A stretch of 64,000 bases of DNA, from positions 64,001 to 128,000 of the forward strand of contig CAVPSB010000018.1 in assembly GCA_963708025.1 (NCBI GenBank). The letters are read 5' to 3'. The notes beneath the pieces are model-generated. The model searched no databases, was not told where the DNA came from, and saw only the letters and a program-made list of their open reading frames with translations. A program made the position numbers and the translations under genes. This DNA is from an uncultured Candidatus Rokubacteria bacterium (GTDB lineage Bacteria > Methylomirabilota > Methylomirabilia > Rokubacteriales > DASRDR01). Positions within the stretch are counted from its first letter, which is position 1, and every line of letters begins with the position of its first letter. Positions 42,501-52,767 of this stretch are shown in pieces.

Positions 42501-42923
42501 GTGGGGATCGGATATCTCTACTCAGTCAGCCTCGTGCAGGCCGGCGAGGTGTATCTGCTCGCGGGGCAGGTCGAGGACGCCCGCGGCTCCGCCGACCGCG
42601 CTCTGAGGTTCTCCCGCGAGCGCGGTGAGCGCGGCCACGAGGCGTGGGCACTCCGGCTCCTGGGCGAGGTCGCGTCGCATCATGACCACCCCGATGTGGC
42701 AACGGTCGAGACGCACTACAGCCAGGCCCTTGCCCGGGCCGGCGAGCTCGGCATGCGCCCGCTCGTCGCCCACTGCCACCTCGGCCTGGGTCGCCTCCAC
42801 CGCCACGCTGGCCATGAGGCGGCGGCGCGCGAGCATCTCACCACGGCCGCGACGATGTACCGGGAGATGGGCATGAGCTCTTGGCTGGCGCAGGCGGAGG
42901 CGGCGCTGGCCCTGCCCGACTGA
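39564..42923 (+). CDS. Class III nucleotide cyclase with double zinc ribbon, AAA-ATPase and TPR domains
   Basis: Four CxxC, FADLKGS, NQVMGD, GQTTHLAAR, GEPGVGKS, FKHALT. Confidence 0.92.
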   Translation: MKCSRCQHENSAGTKFCGQCAAPLASLCAACGAPNPPDNRFCGQCAAPLRPAAAPSVPAPEAYTPRHLAEKILSSKSALEGERKQVTVLFADLKGSMELLADRDPEEARKVLDPVLERMMEAVHRYEGTVNQVMGDGIMALFGAPVAHEDHAVRACYAALDMQGAIRRYAEDVWRAQGITVKIRVGLNSGEVVVRAIGSDLRLDYTAVGQTTHLAARMEQLATPGTVLLTGDTLRLAEGYVTAKPLGPVPVKGLEAPMEVYELMGAGPLRSRLHAAATRGLTRFVGRDSQLEHLREALARAAQGHGQVVAIVGEPGVGKSRLVWEVTHSHRVHGWLVLQAGSVSYGKAASYLPVIDLLKGYFAIEDRDGPRAVQEKATGKLLTLDRALEASLPALLSLLDVPTDDPQWATLDPPQRRRRTLDAVKRLLLRECQQQAVLVVFEDLHWIDSETQALLDALVESLPAARICLLVNYRPEYQPPWGSRTSYTQLRLDPLAPDHADELLGALVGADAALEPLKRTLIARTEGNPFFLEESVRTLVETGALAGERGAYRLARPLPSIQVPATVQAVLAARIDRLLPGDKTLLQTASVIGKDVPLALLRAMTEPAEGDLHAAIGRLQGAEFLYEASLFPDLEYTFKHALTHDVAYGSLLHDRRRALHGRIVTTIERLYPDRLPEHVERLAHHAFRAELWVNALTYLRQAGAKALARSANREALAYFEQALAALSHLPETRETREQAIDVRFDLREALFPLAEFGRIDAYLQEAETLARSLDDQRRLGWVLAYMTSHRVVTRASITEARTCAEQVQAIGETLADIPLQVAAQYYHAHIGYMLGDYRGTEDTCRKLTQLLKGDQTRERFGLWQFPAVLSRAFLARTLAERGLFDEGEAHGHDAIRIAEALDHPFSLIEACLGLAYLHSVRGDLSQAVRPLERAVALGGENITIFAPNAMASLGHAYAASGRVGEGISWLKRGLAGQDSVGIGYLYSVSLVQAGEVYLLAGQVEDARGSADRALRFSRERGERGHEAWALRLLGEVASHHDHPDVATVETHYSQALARAGELGMRPLVAHCHLGLGRLHRHAGHEAAAREHLTTAATMYREMGMSSWLAQAEAALALPD

Positions 42924-43018
42924 GACATCACCGACGGACGTGACGGCACCGGCGGTCGACTGGCCGAGCGGCAGCTTCCGCGAGATGGTGACGGTGTGAG
43001 CGTTCAGGAGATGGAACG

Positions 43019-43849
43019 ATGAGCACCACGATTACCACGTTCGTGGCGACAGATCCGGCCGCGTACGAGCGGTTCATGGGGCGGTGGAGCGAGCGGCTTG
43101 CTCCGGCGTTCGTCGAGTTCGCAGGGACGCAGGCGGGCGAGCGGGTCCTGGACGTCGGGTGCGGCACCGGCAGCTTGACCCTGGCCCTGATGGCGGCGGA
43201 CGTGGCGGCGGTGGTGGGCATCGACCCGTCGAGCCCCTACGTCGAGTTCGCGCGAAGCCGCACCACCGATCCGGCAATCCGCTTCGACGTGGGCGACGGG
43301 ACCGCGCTCCCCTACGGGGACGGCGAGTTCGGCCGGAGCCTGTCGATGCTGACGCTGGACGTGGTTCCGGACGCGGCGCCCATTGTTGCCGAGATGCGTC
43401 GGGTGACGCGCCCGGGCGGCGTCGTGGCCGGGCTGGTGAACGACTTTCGGTGCGGGTACCCGGCGTTTACGATGCTGTGGGACACGGCAGCGGTCCTCGA
43501 CCCAGGCTTCGCCGAGCTGCGCGAGCACCTGACGGGCAAACGGATCGGGTGGCCCGGGGGGCTCACCGAGCTGTGGGCCGCGACCGGACTGACCGCCGTC
43601 CAGGAGGCACGGCTCCGCATCCCGTTCGCGTTCAGCTCCTTCGCCGACTATTGGGCACCCTTCACGACCGGGCAGGGCAAGACTGGTGGGCATCTCATGA
43701 GCCTGCCCGAGCCGAAGCGGTTGGAGATCGAACAGCACGTGCGAGCGGCATACCGTTGCGGGCAGCCCGATGGCCCGCGGGCGTTCACCACGACGTTCTG
43801 GGCCGTGCGCGGCGTCGTTGGGGACACCACTCGAGTGAGCGGTCCATGA
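43019..43849 (+). CDS. Class I SAM methyltransferase (type A)
   Basis: AYERFMGRWS, VLDVGCGTG. Confidence 0.88.
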   Translation: MSTTITTFVATDPAAYERFMGRWSERLAPAFVEFAGTQAGERVLDVGCGTGSLTLALMAADVAAVVGIDPSSPYVEFARSRTTDPAIRFDVGDGTALPYGDGEFGRSLSMLTLDVVPDAAPIVAEMRRVTRPGGVVAGLVNDFRCGYPAFTMLWDTAAVLDPGFAELREHLTGKRIGWPGGLTELWAATGLTAVQEARLRIPFAFSSFADYWAPFTTGQGKTGGHLMSLPEPKRLEIEQHVRAAYRCGQPDGPRAFTTTFWAVRGVVGDTTRVSGP

Positions 43850-43933
43850 GCGGGTTCGCGTGGCCGGCCGGGCGCGCGCGTCGTCAGGCACGAGCCGGGC
43901 CTGAAGACAGGTCTCGCCGATCGGGGGTGACGC

Positions 43934-44848
43934 ATGGCTGGCTACCATTCAGAGGCTGGAGACGTCGCACGCAAGCCGGATTCGACGGCCGTCACCACCG
44001 CCCTGTGGCGCGCCGCGCATCTCCGACTCGACGCGCCTCCCCACGTCCTGGAGGACGATGTCGGCTTGCAGCTCCTTCGTGACACCGACGTCCTCGCCGC
44101 CTATCTCGGGGCCGAGGCCGCCGGGGGCCCGGACACATGGCTGCGTCACCCGTACATGGGTGAGAAGTTCCGTCGCTGGCGCGCCGGCATCGTCACCAGG
44201 GCGCGCCTCGCCGAGGACGTCGTCGCGGAGCAGGTTGACCACGGGCACGACCAGTATGTGATCCTGGGGGCCGGGCTCGATTCCTTCGCGTTCCGGCGCC
44301 TCGACCTCGTCCGGACACTGCGCGTGTTCGAGGTTGACGAGCCGGGCACCCAAGCGTGGAAGCGACGCCGGCTCGATGAACTCGGAATGGCACCGCCAGT
44401 CACCCTGTCCTTCGTGCCCGTCGACTTCGAGTCACAGTCCTGGGTCGAGGAGATCGTCAAAGCCGGATTCGACCGGACGCGGCCAGCCGTTGTGTCCTCC
44501 CTTGGCGTCACGAACTACCTCAGTGTCGACGCGATCCAGTTGATGCTGCACGACGTCGTCCGGCTCGCCCCGAGGTCTGTCTTTGTGTGTGGCTTCGCGC
44601 TTCCGGCCCATCTCGTCGCGCCGGACGAGCGAGAATGGCGCGCCGAAATTGAAGCGCGGGCTGCGGCGCGGGGCCACCCGTGGCTCAGCTTCTTCTCGCT
44701 CGACGAGATCCGCGGGCTCGCCGAAGCAGCGGGCTTTGCCAAGGTAAGCCTCGCGACGGCGCACGATCTCGCTGGCCGCTACTTCGCCGGGCGCGGGGAC
44801 GGGCTAAGGCCCTCGAGCTCGGCCGCCTATCTGATCGCGTCCGTGTAG
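43934..44848 (+). CDS. LCM/TIGR00027-like SAM methyltransferase (type B)
   Basis: TALWRAAH, QYVILGAGLDSFA, FEVD, VPVDFE. Confidence 0.88.
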   Translation: MAGYHSEAGDVARKPDSTAVTTALWRAAHLRLDAPPHVLEDDVGLQLLRDTDVLAAYLGAEAAGGPDTWLRHPYMGEKFRRWRAGIVTRARLAEDVVAEQVDHGHDQYVILGAGLDSFAFRRLDLVRTLRVFEVDEPGTQAWKRRRLDELGMAPPVTLSFVPVDFESQSWVEEIVKAGFDRTRPAVVSSLGVTNYLSVDAIQLMLHDVVRLAPRSVFVCGFALPAHLVAPDEREWRAEIEARAAARGHPWLSFFSLDEIRGLAEAAGFAKVSLATAHDLAGRYFAGRGDGLRPSSSAAYLIASV

Positions 44849-44910
44849 GGCGTGAGAGAACATGGGTGTTCTGGGGTACGCGCCTTCCGGCTGTGCAGGG
44901 GAGGCCGGAG

Positions 44911-45020
44911 CGGGCCGGGCGCTCCGGCGGAGGTGGCGTTGACGGTTCCTGGGCGCCGTCTACGCGACGAGTGACGCCGCCCGCTACATGCCGGGCGCAG
45001 CTCTGGCCATCGACGGGGGT
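44911..45020 (+). pseudogene. SDR C-terminal relic
   Basis: PAEVA ... SDAARYMPGAALAIDGG. Confidence 0.5.
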
Positions 45021-45129
45021 CCAGCGTCTGGTAGCCGCGGGCGGGCCTCGCCCCCGCGGGACTCGCGCGGCCTCTCGGATGGGTCTCCGCTGAGCGGGTC
45101 ATCGGTGCCCGCCGTTGGGAGGATGAGCC

Positions 45130-46164
45130 GTGGAACGCAGAGCGCCCTCGACGCCGCGCCGTGCTCTATTGGACATCCTGGAGGCCTCCAGACTCTCCGC
45201 GTGCATCTACGTCGCGACGAAGCTGGAGATCAGTGACCTCCTCGGGGATGGTCCGAGAAGCTGTAATGCGCTTGCACGGATGACGGGCACGCACGCGCCC
45301 TCACTCTACCGGCTCCTGCGGGCGCTGGCCGGCGCTGGCCTCGTCCACGAAGGTGCCGAGCAGCACTTTGCCCTGACGCCAGCTGGCTCCTACCTGCGGC
45401 GCGATAGCCCTGACTCGCTACGGCCGTGGATGCTCATGTTCCACGACGTGAACGCTCGGCCATACGGGGAGCTGTTGCATACGGTGAAGACCGGGGAATC
45501 GGCCTTCACCCATGTCACGGGGTCGGAGCTCTTCCCCTACTTCGCGGAGCATCCAGACGTTGGCACGATCTTCGACGAAGCGATGACCGTGGAGACCACT
45601 CAGATCGCCCAGGCAGTGCTGGACGCGTACGACTTCTCGCACTTCCGGAGAATCATCGATATCGGCGGCGGCCACGGGATACTTCTCGCGGCGATCCTCC
45701 GCGCGCATCCAGCCATGCACGGGGTGCTCTTCGACCGCACCCGCGTGGTCGAGAGTGCGAAGCGGGTGCTGGAGGCCGCCGGTCTCGCCCACCGATCCGA
45801 CTGTGTGGGTGGTTCCTTCCTCAAGTCGGTGCCGGCCGGATGCGGCGCGTATATCCTGAAGAACATCATCCACGATTGGAACGACGAGCGGGCGGTCGAG
45901 ATTCTGAGCAACTGCCGGCGCGCGATGCACGAGCATGGCCGGATCCTCCTCGTCGAGCGGCTGATGCAAGCCGGGGGCGGGACCTCGCTCCAGACGCTCT
46001 GTGCGGACCTCGACATGCTGGTGCTCGGCGGAGGCCACAGCGCCAGAGAGCGTAGCGAAGCTGAATATGGCCTGCTCTGCCGTGCGGCGGGATGCGAGCT
46101 CGCCAGGGTCATCCCGATCCGGTCCGACCACGACTACTACGTGATGGAGATCGTGCCTCGGTAG
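45130..46164 (+). CDS. O-methyltransferase with dimerisation domain (type C)
   Basis: LYRLLRAL, IDIGGGHG, LKNIIHDW, DLDML, ERS. Confidence 0.9.
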   Translation: MERRAPSTPRRALLDILEASRLSACIYVATKLEISDLLGDGPRSCNALARMTGTHAPSLYRLLRALAGAGLVHEGAEQHFALTPAGSYLRRDSPDSLRPWMLMFHDVNARPYGELLHTVKTGESAFTHVTGSELFPYFAEHPDVGTIFDEAMTVETTQIAQAVLDAYDFSHFRRIIDIGGGHGILLAAILRAHPAMHGVLFDRTRVVESAKRVLEAAGLAHRSDCVGGSFLKSVPAGCGAYILKNIIHDWNDERAVEILSNCRRAMHEHGRILLVERLMQAGGGTSLQTLCADLDMLVLGGGHSARERSEAEYGLLCRAAGCELARVIPIRSDHDYYVMEIVPR

Positions 46165-46351
46165 GCTCGCCGAGCACCGGGTTCACCGCCGACGCCTTGG
46201 CCCCCGCGCCTGCACCGTGTGCCAGCGACCCGGGGACGGGCAACCCGGAGCTCATCGGAAGTGGCGGAGGAACAGCCGAAGATGTCCAAGCGTCACGTGT
46301 TCAGGGTGTAGGCAGCATGCGAAACGATCCGTCGCCGGAGGAGAGACTCCC

Positions 46352-47284
46352 GTGACCGAAAAGGGACCAAGCCAGACGGCCATTCGAACGGCAATGCGTC
46401 GCGCCGCCCACTACTTGCTCGACGCGGAGCCCAAGATACTGGCCGACGTGTTTGCGCGAGGCCTTGCGGGATTCTCGACCGACGAGGAGTTCCTGCGAGC
46501 GTTCCAAGCCGTGCCCAACGCACACATTCCGTGGCTGCGCGTGTCCTTTGCCCTGCGAAACAGACTCGCCCAGGATGAACTGGCCAAGGCGGTCACGCAC
46601 GGGACCAAGCAATACGTGATCCTCGGCGCCGGTCTCGACTCGTTCGCCTATCGGCAGCCCGATCTGGTGTGCTCACTCGAGGTCTACGAGGTCGATCACC
46701 CGGCGAGTCAAGCATGGAAGCGCGAACGGGTCGCGGCCCTCGGCATCGAAGTCCCGCCCACTTTGCACTACGCGCCGGTTGACTTCGAGCGGAACACGCT
46801 GACCGAGGGCCTGACCACGGCCGGGCTGAACCGGAGCGAACCGGCATTCTTCACCTGGCTCGGCGTCACTCAGTACCTCACGCGGGAGGCCGTCCTGCGC
46901 ACGCTGCGGGAAGTCGCCGCCCTTTCGAAGGCCGAAGGCACGCTCGTGCTGGAGTTCATCGCGCCTCCCGGCACGCTGAGCGGCGAGGACGCTGCGCTCG
47001 TCCACTCCCTGGCGGAGGCGTCCGCCAAGCTCGGGGAGCCGTGGCTCAGCTTCTTCACATCCGAAGACATGCACGAGGCTCTCACCCGGGTCGGTTTCCG
47101 GTCCGTCCAGCACTTCGGGCCAGCCGAGGCGTTCGATCGCTATCTGCGTGGCCGCACGGATGGTGCACGCCTTCCCGGTTACTTCCGGATGGCGAAGGCG
47201 ACAATGCGTGAGCGGAGTGGTGAGCCGCCGAGATCAACCGAGCGTCCCCTGGATGGGCTGAAGAGGGGCGCACATTCAGTCTAA
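46352..47284 (+). CDS. LCM/TIGR00027-like SAM methyltransferase (type B')
   Basis: TAMRRAAH, QYVILGAGLDSFAYR, YEVDHP, WLGVT. Confidence 0.88.
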   Translation: MTEKGPSQTAIRTAMRRAAHYLLDAEPKILADVFARGLAGFSTDEEFLRAFQAVPNAHIPWLRVSFALRNRLAQDELAKAVTHGTKQYVILGAGLDSFAYRQPDLVCSLEVYEVDHPASQAWKRERVAALGIEVPPTLHYAPVDFERNTLTEGLTTAGLNRSEPAFFTWLGVTQYLTREAVLRTLREVAALSKAEGTLVLEFIAPPGTLSGEDAALVHSLAEASAKLGEPWLSFFTSEDMHEALTRVGFRSVQHFGPAEAFDRYLRGRTDGARLPGYFRMAKATMRERSGEPPRSTERPLDGLKRGAHSV

Positions 47285-47293
47285 GATAGGCCC

Positions 47294-47359
47294 ATGCGGC
47301 TGACGGGCGATGCCCGGCCGGTGGAGGTGCCCGAGGGCGCCACGGTGCTCGACGCCTAA
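47294..47359 (+). pseudogene. N-terminal relic of a 2Fe-2S (NuoG/FdhA-type) domain
   Basis: MRLTGDARPVEVPEGATVLDA-stop. Confidence 0.45.
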
Positions 47360-47367
47360 TACACCCG

Positions 47368-48156
47368 ATGACCTCGCCCGGCTCTGATCAGGTTCTCTTC
47401 CAGAAAGCCGACGCCTACGAGCGCTTCATGGGCCGCTACAGCCGGCCGCTCGCGCACGAGTTCGCCCGCGCCACGGGCGTCGCAGCGGGCGAGCGGGTCG
47501 TCGACGTCGGCTGCGGTACGGGTGCGCTGACCTCGGTCCTGGCCGAGCTCGTCGGCCCTGATCACGTTGCCGCCGCCGACCCGTCCGAGCCGTTCGTCGA
47601 CCAATGCCGTGCGAATGTTCCCGGCGCGGACGTCCGGGTCGGGCCCGCCGAGGCGCTCCCCTTCGCCGACAGGATCTTCGATCGTGCGCTGGCGCAGCTC
47701 GTCTTCCACTTCGTCAACGATCCGGCCGCCGCTGCGGGAGAGATGATGCGGGTCACACGCTACGGAGGCACGGTCGCCGCGTGCGTGTGGGATTTCACGG
47801 GCGGCATGACCATGCTCCGCGCCTACTGGGACTCGGCACGCGAGGTCGCCCCGAACGCCCCGGACGAGATCCAGCGGTTCGGGGGCCGGCCGGGGCAGCT
47901 CGCGGCCTTGTGGCACGAGGTGGGGCTTCGCGACGTCACGGACTCTTCGCTCGTTGTCTCGTCTCGCTACAACGATTTCGACGAGCTCTGGCAATCGTTC
48001 CTCGGCGGCGCCGCGGGGCCGGTTGGAGCCCACGTCGCATCGCTGGACGAGGCGGGCCGCGAGGCGCTGCGTGGGGCGCTTCGCCTCCGCCTCGGTTCCC
48101 GCGGAGGCCCGTTCGAGCTGACCGCACGCGCCTGGTACGCGGTCGGCGTCGTATAG
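47368..48156 (+). CDS. Class I SAM methyltransferase (type A')
   Basis: AYERFMGRYS, VDVGCGTG, ACVWD. Confidence 0.88.
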   Translation: MTSPGSDQVLFQKADAYERFMGRYSRPLAHEFARATGVAAGERVVDVGCGTGALTSVLAELVGPDHVAAADPSEPFVDQCRANVPGADVRVGPAEALPFADRIFDRALAQLVFHFVNDPAAAAGEMMRVTRYGGTVAACVWDFTGGMTMLRAYWDSAREVAPNAPDEIQRFGGRPGQLAALWHEVGLRDVTDSSLVVSSRYNDFDELWQSFLGGAAGPVGAHVASLDEAGREALRGALRLRLGSRGGPFELTARAWYAVGVV

Positions 48157-48379
48157 CGTTCCGGGGACGGATGGGCGAGGGGGGGCGCGGGGGCGGGGAA
48201 GCGGACCGAGAAAGGTGGCTAGCACCTCCTAGGTTCCCGGGAGACGGCGAATCTGTTACGGCGCCCCTCAGATTACGCGACAAGGCAAATCGACGGCCGA
48301 GGCGCGCTCATGAGCCTTTGAATGGGCCGTGGCCCAAGCGTGGCGTCCAACAGTGCCGACCCAGAGTGAAGACGCCGTG

Positions 48380-48700
48380 ATGCAGGTGCTCGACGCGTTC
48401 ATCGAGGCGCTGAACGCGCGCGATCCGCGGCGCCTGGCTGCGGCATGCAATGTTCCACACGTGCGCCTGGCCCGGGGTGACATGAAGATCTGGCGTACCT
48501 CGGAAGAGTTCATAGGGGACAGCGACCTCGCAGGCATTCCGCTGGAAAGCGGTCGTCGGGGCCAGGGCCAGGGGCGGGAAGCGGGTGCAGCTGGTGGACG
48601 TCGCCCGCGGCATGACGCCAGCCGACCTCGCCGACGGCATCCACCCGAACGCCGGCGGCTACGCTAAGCTCGCCGCTGCCTGCCACGCGGCCCTCCGCCC
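48380..48700 (+). pseudogene. Adjacent relics: NTF2/SnoaL-like N-terminus and SGNH hydrolase C-terminus
   Basis: VLDAFIEALNARD...PHVRLA; then DLADGIHPNAGGYAKLA. Confidence 0.45.
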
Positions 48701-48941
48701 GCTTTTCGGCGGGACACGCGCCGCGCTGACGCCGTCGCCTGCCTGGCGGGCCGGCCGGCAGAGTGCGCTATACTCGGGACGGTCGGAGGCCACCCATAAG
48801 CTCATACCTCGCACCGGCCGCGATTGAGCGGGATCGTGATCCTTTGACCTGCCGGCCTAGCCCGGGAACAACCACGCTACTCTGCGATAGGTCAGGCCGG
48901 TCCTTCCATATGGGTCTAAAACCGGCCCAGGAGCGACGGGT

Positions 48942-51900
48942 ATGCGCCAAATAACCGAATGGCTGGAAGCGATCGGATTGGCGAAATACCAGCCGGTATT
49001 CGCAGACAACGAGATCGACTGGGCGCTCTTGACGAAGCTGACCGAGGCGGACCTCAAGGAACTTGGTCTGCCACTCGGACCGCGCAAGAAGCTTCTGGAA
49101 GCTATCGCGAACCTAGATGCGGCCCCCGTTGCGGCGTCCACGGGGCATGAGGCCGAGCGCCGCCAAGTCACGGTGATGTTCTCCGACCTTGTCGGCTCGA
49201 CGGCACTCTCGGCGCGCATGGACCCTGAGGACCTGCGCGAGGTCATTTCGGCCTATCAGAAATGCGTCGCCGAGACCGTGCGGCGCTTCGGCGGGTTCGT
49301 GGCGAAGTACATGGGCGACGGCGTGCTCGTCTACTTCGGCTATCCGCAGGCCCACGAGGACGACGCCGAGCGGGCGGTGCGGGCCGGGCTGGAGTTGATC
49401 GCAGCGGTGAGCGGCGCTGAAGACCCAGCGCTCCACTGCAAACGCGCGTCGGCATCGCAACGGGCTGGTGGTCGTCGGCGATCTGATCGGATCGGGCGCG
49501 GCGCAGGAGCACGGCATCGTCGGCGAGACGCCGAACCTTGCGGCGCGCCTGCAGGGCATTGCCGAGCCGAACAGGTGGTCATTGCCGAGAGCACGCGAAA
49601 GCTCCTCGGCAATCTGTTCGAGCTGGAGGACCTCGGAGCAAAGGACCTCAAGGGCATCGCAGGGCCGGTGCGAGCCTGGGCGGCGCTGCGACCGAGCTTC
49701 GGTGGAAAGCCGCTTCGAGGCTCTGCACGCGAGCGGCCTGACCGAGCTTGTCGGGCGGGAAGAAGAACTCGAACTGCTGCTGCGGCGCTGGTCGAAGGCA
49801 AAGACCGGCGAAGGCCAGGTGGTGTTGCTCTCCGGCGAGGCCGGCATCGGCAAATCGCGACTGACGGCTGCGCTGCTGGAACGCCTCGCCACCGAGCCAC
49901 ACACGCGCTTGCGCTATTTCTGCTCGCCGCAGCACACCGACAGCGCGTTTTATCCGATCATCGGCCAGATGGAGCGCGCCGCCGGATTTGCGCACGACGA
50001 CACCCCGCAAGCGAAGCTCGACAAGCTCGATGCGCTGCTGGCGCAGACCTCGACCTCGGCCCAGGACGCGGCACTCTTTGCCGAGATGCTGTCGCTGCCG
50101 AACGATGGACGTTATCCCGCGCTCGACCTGACCCCGCGAGCAGCGCCGGCAGAAGAACGCTGGAAGCGCTCGTCTCGCAAATGCGAGGCGCTGTCACGCC
50201 AACAATCCGGTGCTGATGATCTTCGAGGATGCGCATTGGACCGACCCCACGAGCCTGGAAGTGTTCGGTCGCGTCGGTGGACCGGATTCAGAGCTCTTCG
50301 CGTGCTGCTGATCGTGACGTTCCGGCCGGAGTTCGAGCCGCCCTGGATCGGACGGCCGCACGTGACATGCCTTCACGCATCAATCGGCTGGCAGAGCGCG
50401 AAATCGGCGCCATGATCGACCGCGTCGTCGGCAACAAGCCGCTGCCGGCGAGCATCTACGGCAGGACATCATCGAGCGCACCGACGGCATTCCGCTGTTC
50501 GTCGAGGAGATGACCAAGGCGGTGCTGGAGGCGGAGAGCGAGGGCGCAGCGCGAGCAGACGGCCGCCGCCGTTCCGTCCCCGGCCCTGGCGGTCCCGGCA
50601 AGCTTGCACGCCTCGCTGATGGCGCGGCTCGACCGGCTCGGCCCAGCCAAGGAGGTGGCGCAGATCGGAGCGGCGATCGGGCGCGAGTTCTCTCATGCCC
50701 TGCTGGCTGCGGTGGCGCGCAAGCCGGAGGCGGAGCTGGCATCGGCGCTCGACCGTCTCATTGCGGCCGGTTTGCTGTTCCGGCAGGGCGTGCCGCCGCA
50801 CGCGACCTATCTGTTCAAGCACGCCCTGGTGCAGGACGCGGCCTATGGCACGCTGCTGCGCGAGCCGCGACGCGCGCTTCACGCCCGCATCGCCGAAACC
50901 CTCGAAAGCCAATTCGCCGAGATTGCCGAGAACCAGCCGGAGCTGCTGGCGCGTCACTGCACCGAGGCTGGGCTGATCGAGAAGGCCGCGGGCCTGTGGG
51001 GCAAGGCGGGACAGCGGTCGCTGGAGCGCTCGGCGCTGGTCGAAGCCGTAGAGCAGCTCACGCGTGCGCTCGACCAGATCGCGACCTTGCCCGCCACGCC
51101 CGCGCTGCGTCGCGAGCAGATCAAGCTTCAGGTCGCGCTCATAACCCCACTCATCCATGTCAAAGGCTATGCCGCGCCGGAAACCAAGGCGGCTGCGGAG
51201 CGGGCACGTCTGCTGATCGAACAAGCTGAAGCGCTCGGAGAGCCTCCCGAAGACCCACTGCTGTTGTTCTCGGTCCTCTACGGCTTCTGGGTCGCGAACT
51301 ACGTGGCGTTCAACGGCGACGCTGATGCGCGAGCTTGCGGCGCAGTTCCTGGCGCTCGCCGAGAAGCAAGGGGCGACAGTCCCGCTCATGATCGGGCATC
51401 GCCTCATGGGCAGCTTCCTTGCTGCGTACGGGGGACATCGCGGAAGGCCGGAGCACACTTCGATCAGGCGATCGCGCTTTACGATCCTGCCGAGCATCGT
51501 CCGCTGGCGACGCGATTTGGCCAAGACGTCGGGGTGTCAATCTTGTCCTATCGGTCGTTGGCTCTGTGGTTGCTTGGCTATCCCGAGGCCGCGCTCGCGG
51601 ACGCCGACCACGCGCTCAAGGATGCGCGCGAGATCGGCCAAGCTGCCACTTTGATGTACGCGCTGACCAATGCCGTCGTTCACACATACTCTCTGCGGAA
51701 ACTACGCGGCAGCGACCGCGCAAGCTCGATGAACTTGTCGCTCTGGCGGACGAAAAAGGCGCCTTTCTGGAAGGCGCTCGGAATGATGAACCAAGGTTGC
51801 GTATTGGCCCTGACCGGCAAAGCCTCGGACGCAGTCCAGAATGATCACCTCCGGGATCGCCGCATATCGGTCAACGGGAGCAACACTGTTGGATGCCGTT

Positions 51901-52298
51901 GTATCTTGTCACATTTGGCGAGCGCCTATGCGGAGCTTGGCCAATTCGATGACGCTTGGCGCTGCATTGGCGAAGCGATGACGGCGGTGGAAACAACCAA
52001 GGAAAGGTGGTGCGAGGCCGAGGTCCATCGCATCGCCGGCGAAATCGCGCTGAAGTCGCCCGAGCCGGATGCGGCGAAAGCGGAAGCGTATTTCGAGCGC
52101 GCTCTCGCGGTCGCGCGCCAGCAGCAGGCAAAGTCCTGGGAACTGCGCGCCGCGATGAGCATGGCGCGGCTCTGGCGCGACCAGGGCAAGCGGCAGCAGG
52201 CCCGCGAGCTTCTCGCTCCGGTCTACGGCTGGTTCACCGAAGGCTTCGACACGCTCGATCTGAAGGAGGCGAAGGCGTTGCTCGACGCGCTGGCGTGA
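48942..52298 (+). pseudogene. SAM-domain class III cyclase-AAA-TPR gene, heavily frameshifted
   Basis: ITEWLEAIGL (SAM), FSDLVGS, AKYMGD, GETPNLAAR, GEAGIGKS, WFTEGFDTLDL; more than ten frame switches. Confidence 0.8.
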
Positions 52299-52767
52299 TG
52301 AGCGCGCTCGTGGTCGCGAGGGAAGCCGGCGAGACGGGTCGGTTCTGGTGCGCCAGCGACGGGGAAGCTGCTACGGGTTTCCAAGCTCCTGCGTAACGCG
52401 ACACGCACTACGGGTGCGATTTGCTGGAATCCCGGGCTCGCGATCGGGCTCTACCGGAAGCGGAAGACGGAAATCCGTGATAATAAGTAGCCGCAGGCCC
52501 GCCTGGGCGAGGAGCTTGCCGGTGGCCCGGCCTCTTGTCGAGGGGCGGACGGTTCGCGACCGTAGGAGGCCGGTGGGCGTTGTGTGTACCCGGTCGTGTA
52601 CCCGGCGGGGCGCCAGAACCCGCCCGCGCGGGCCTACGCGATCCAACGAGGTTCGCGTAAACTCCCTGGGAAGTGTGGGTGGGCATTCACACCTCCGGGC
52701 ATCGCCCAGGCCTGTCAAGCCAGAGGCCGCGGGTTCAAGTCCCGTTGACCCCGCCATTAGAAACGTG

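Larger units (their letters stand above)
36208..52757. mobile_element. Genomic island integrated at tRNA-Asp
   Basis: 49-bp direct repeat 36208-36256 vs 52709-52757 (1 mismatch); integrase relic next to the tRNA. Confidence 0.85.

Noticed and set aside
46169-46230. Possible attC left arm after the O-methyltransferase (GCCGAGC ACCGG GTTCACCGC CGACGCC), which would make the array an integron
   Set aside because: No matching right arm or GTTRRRY, and the other spacers lack attC features
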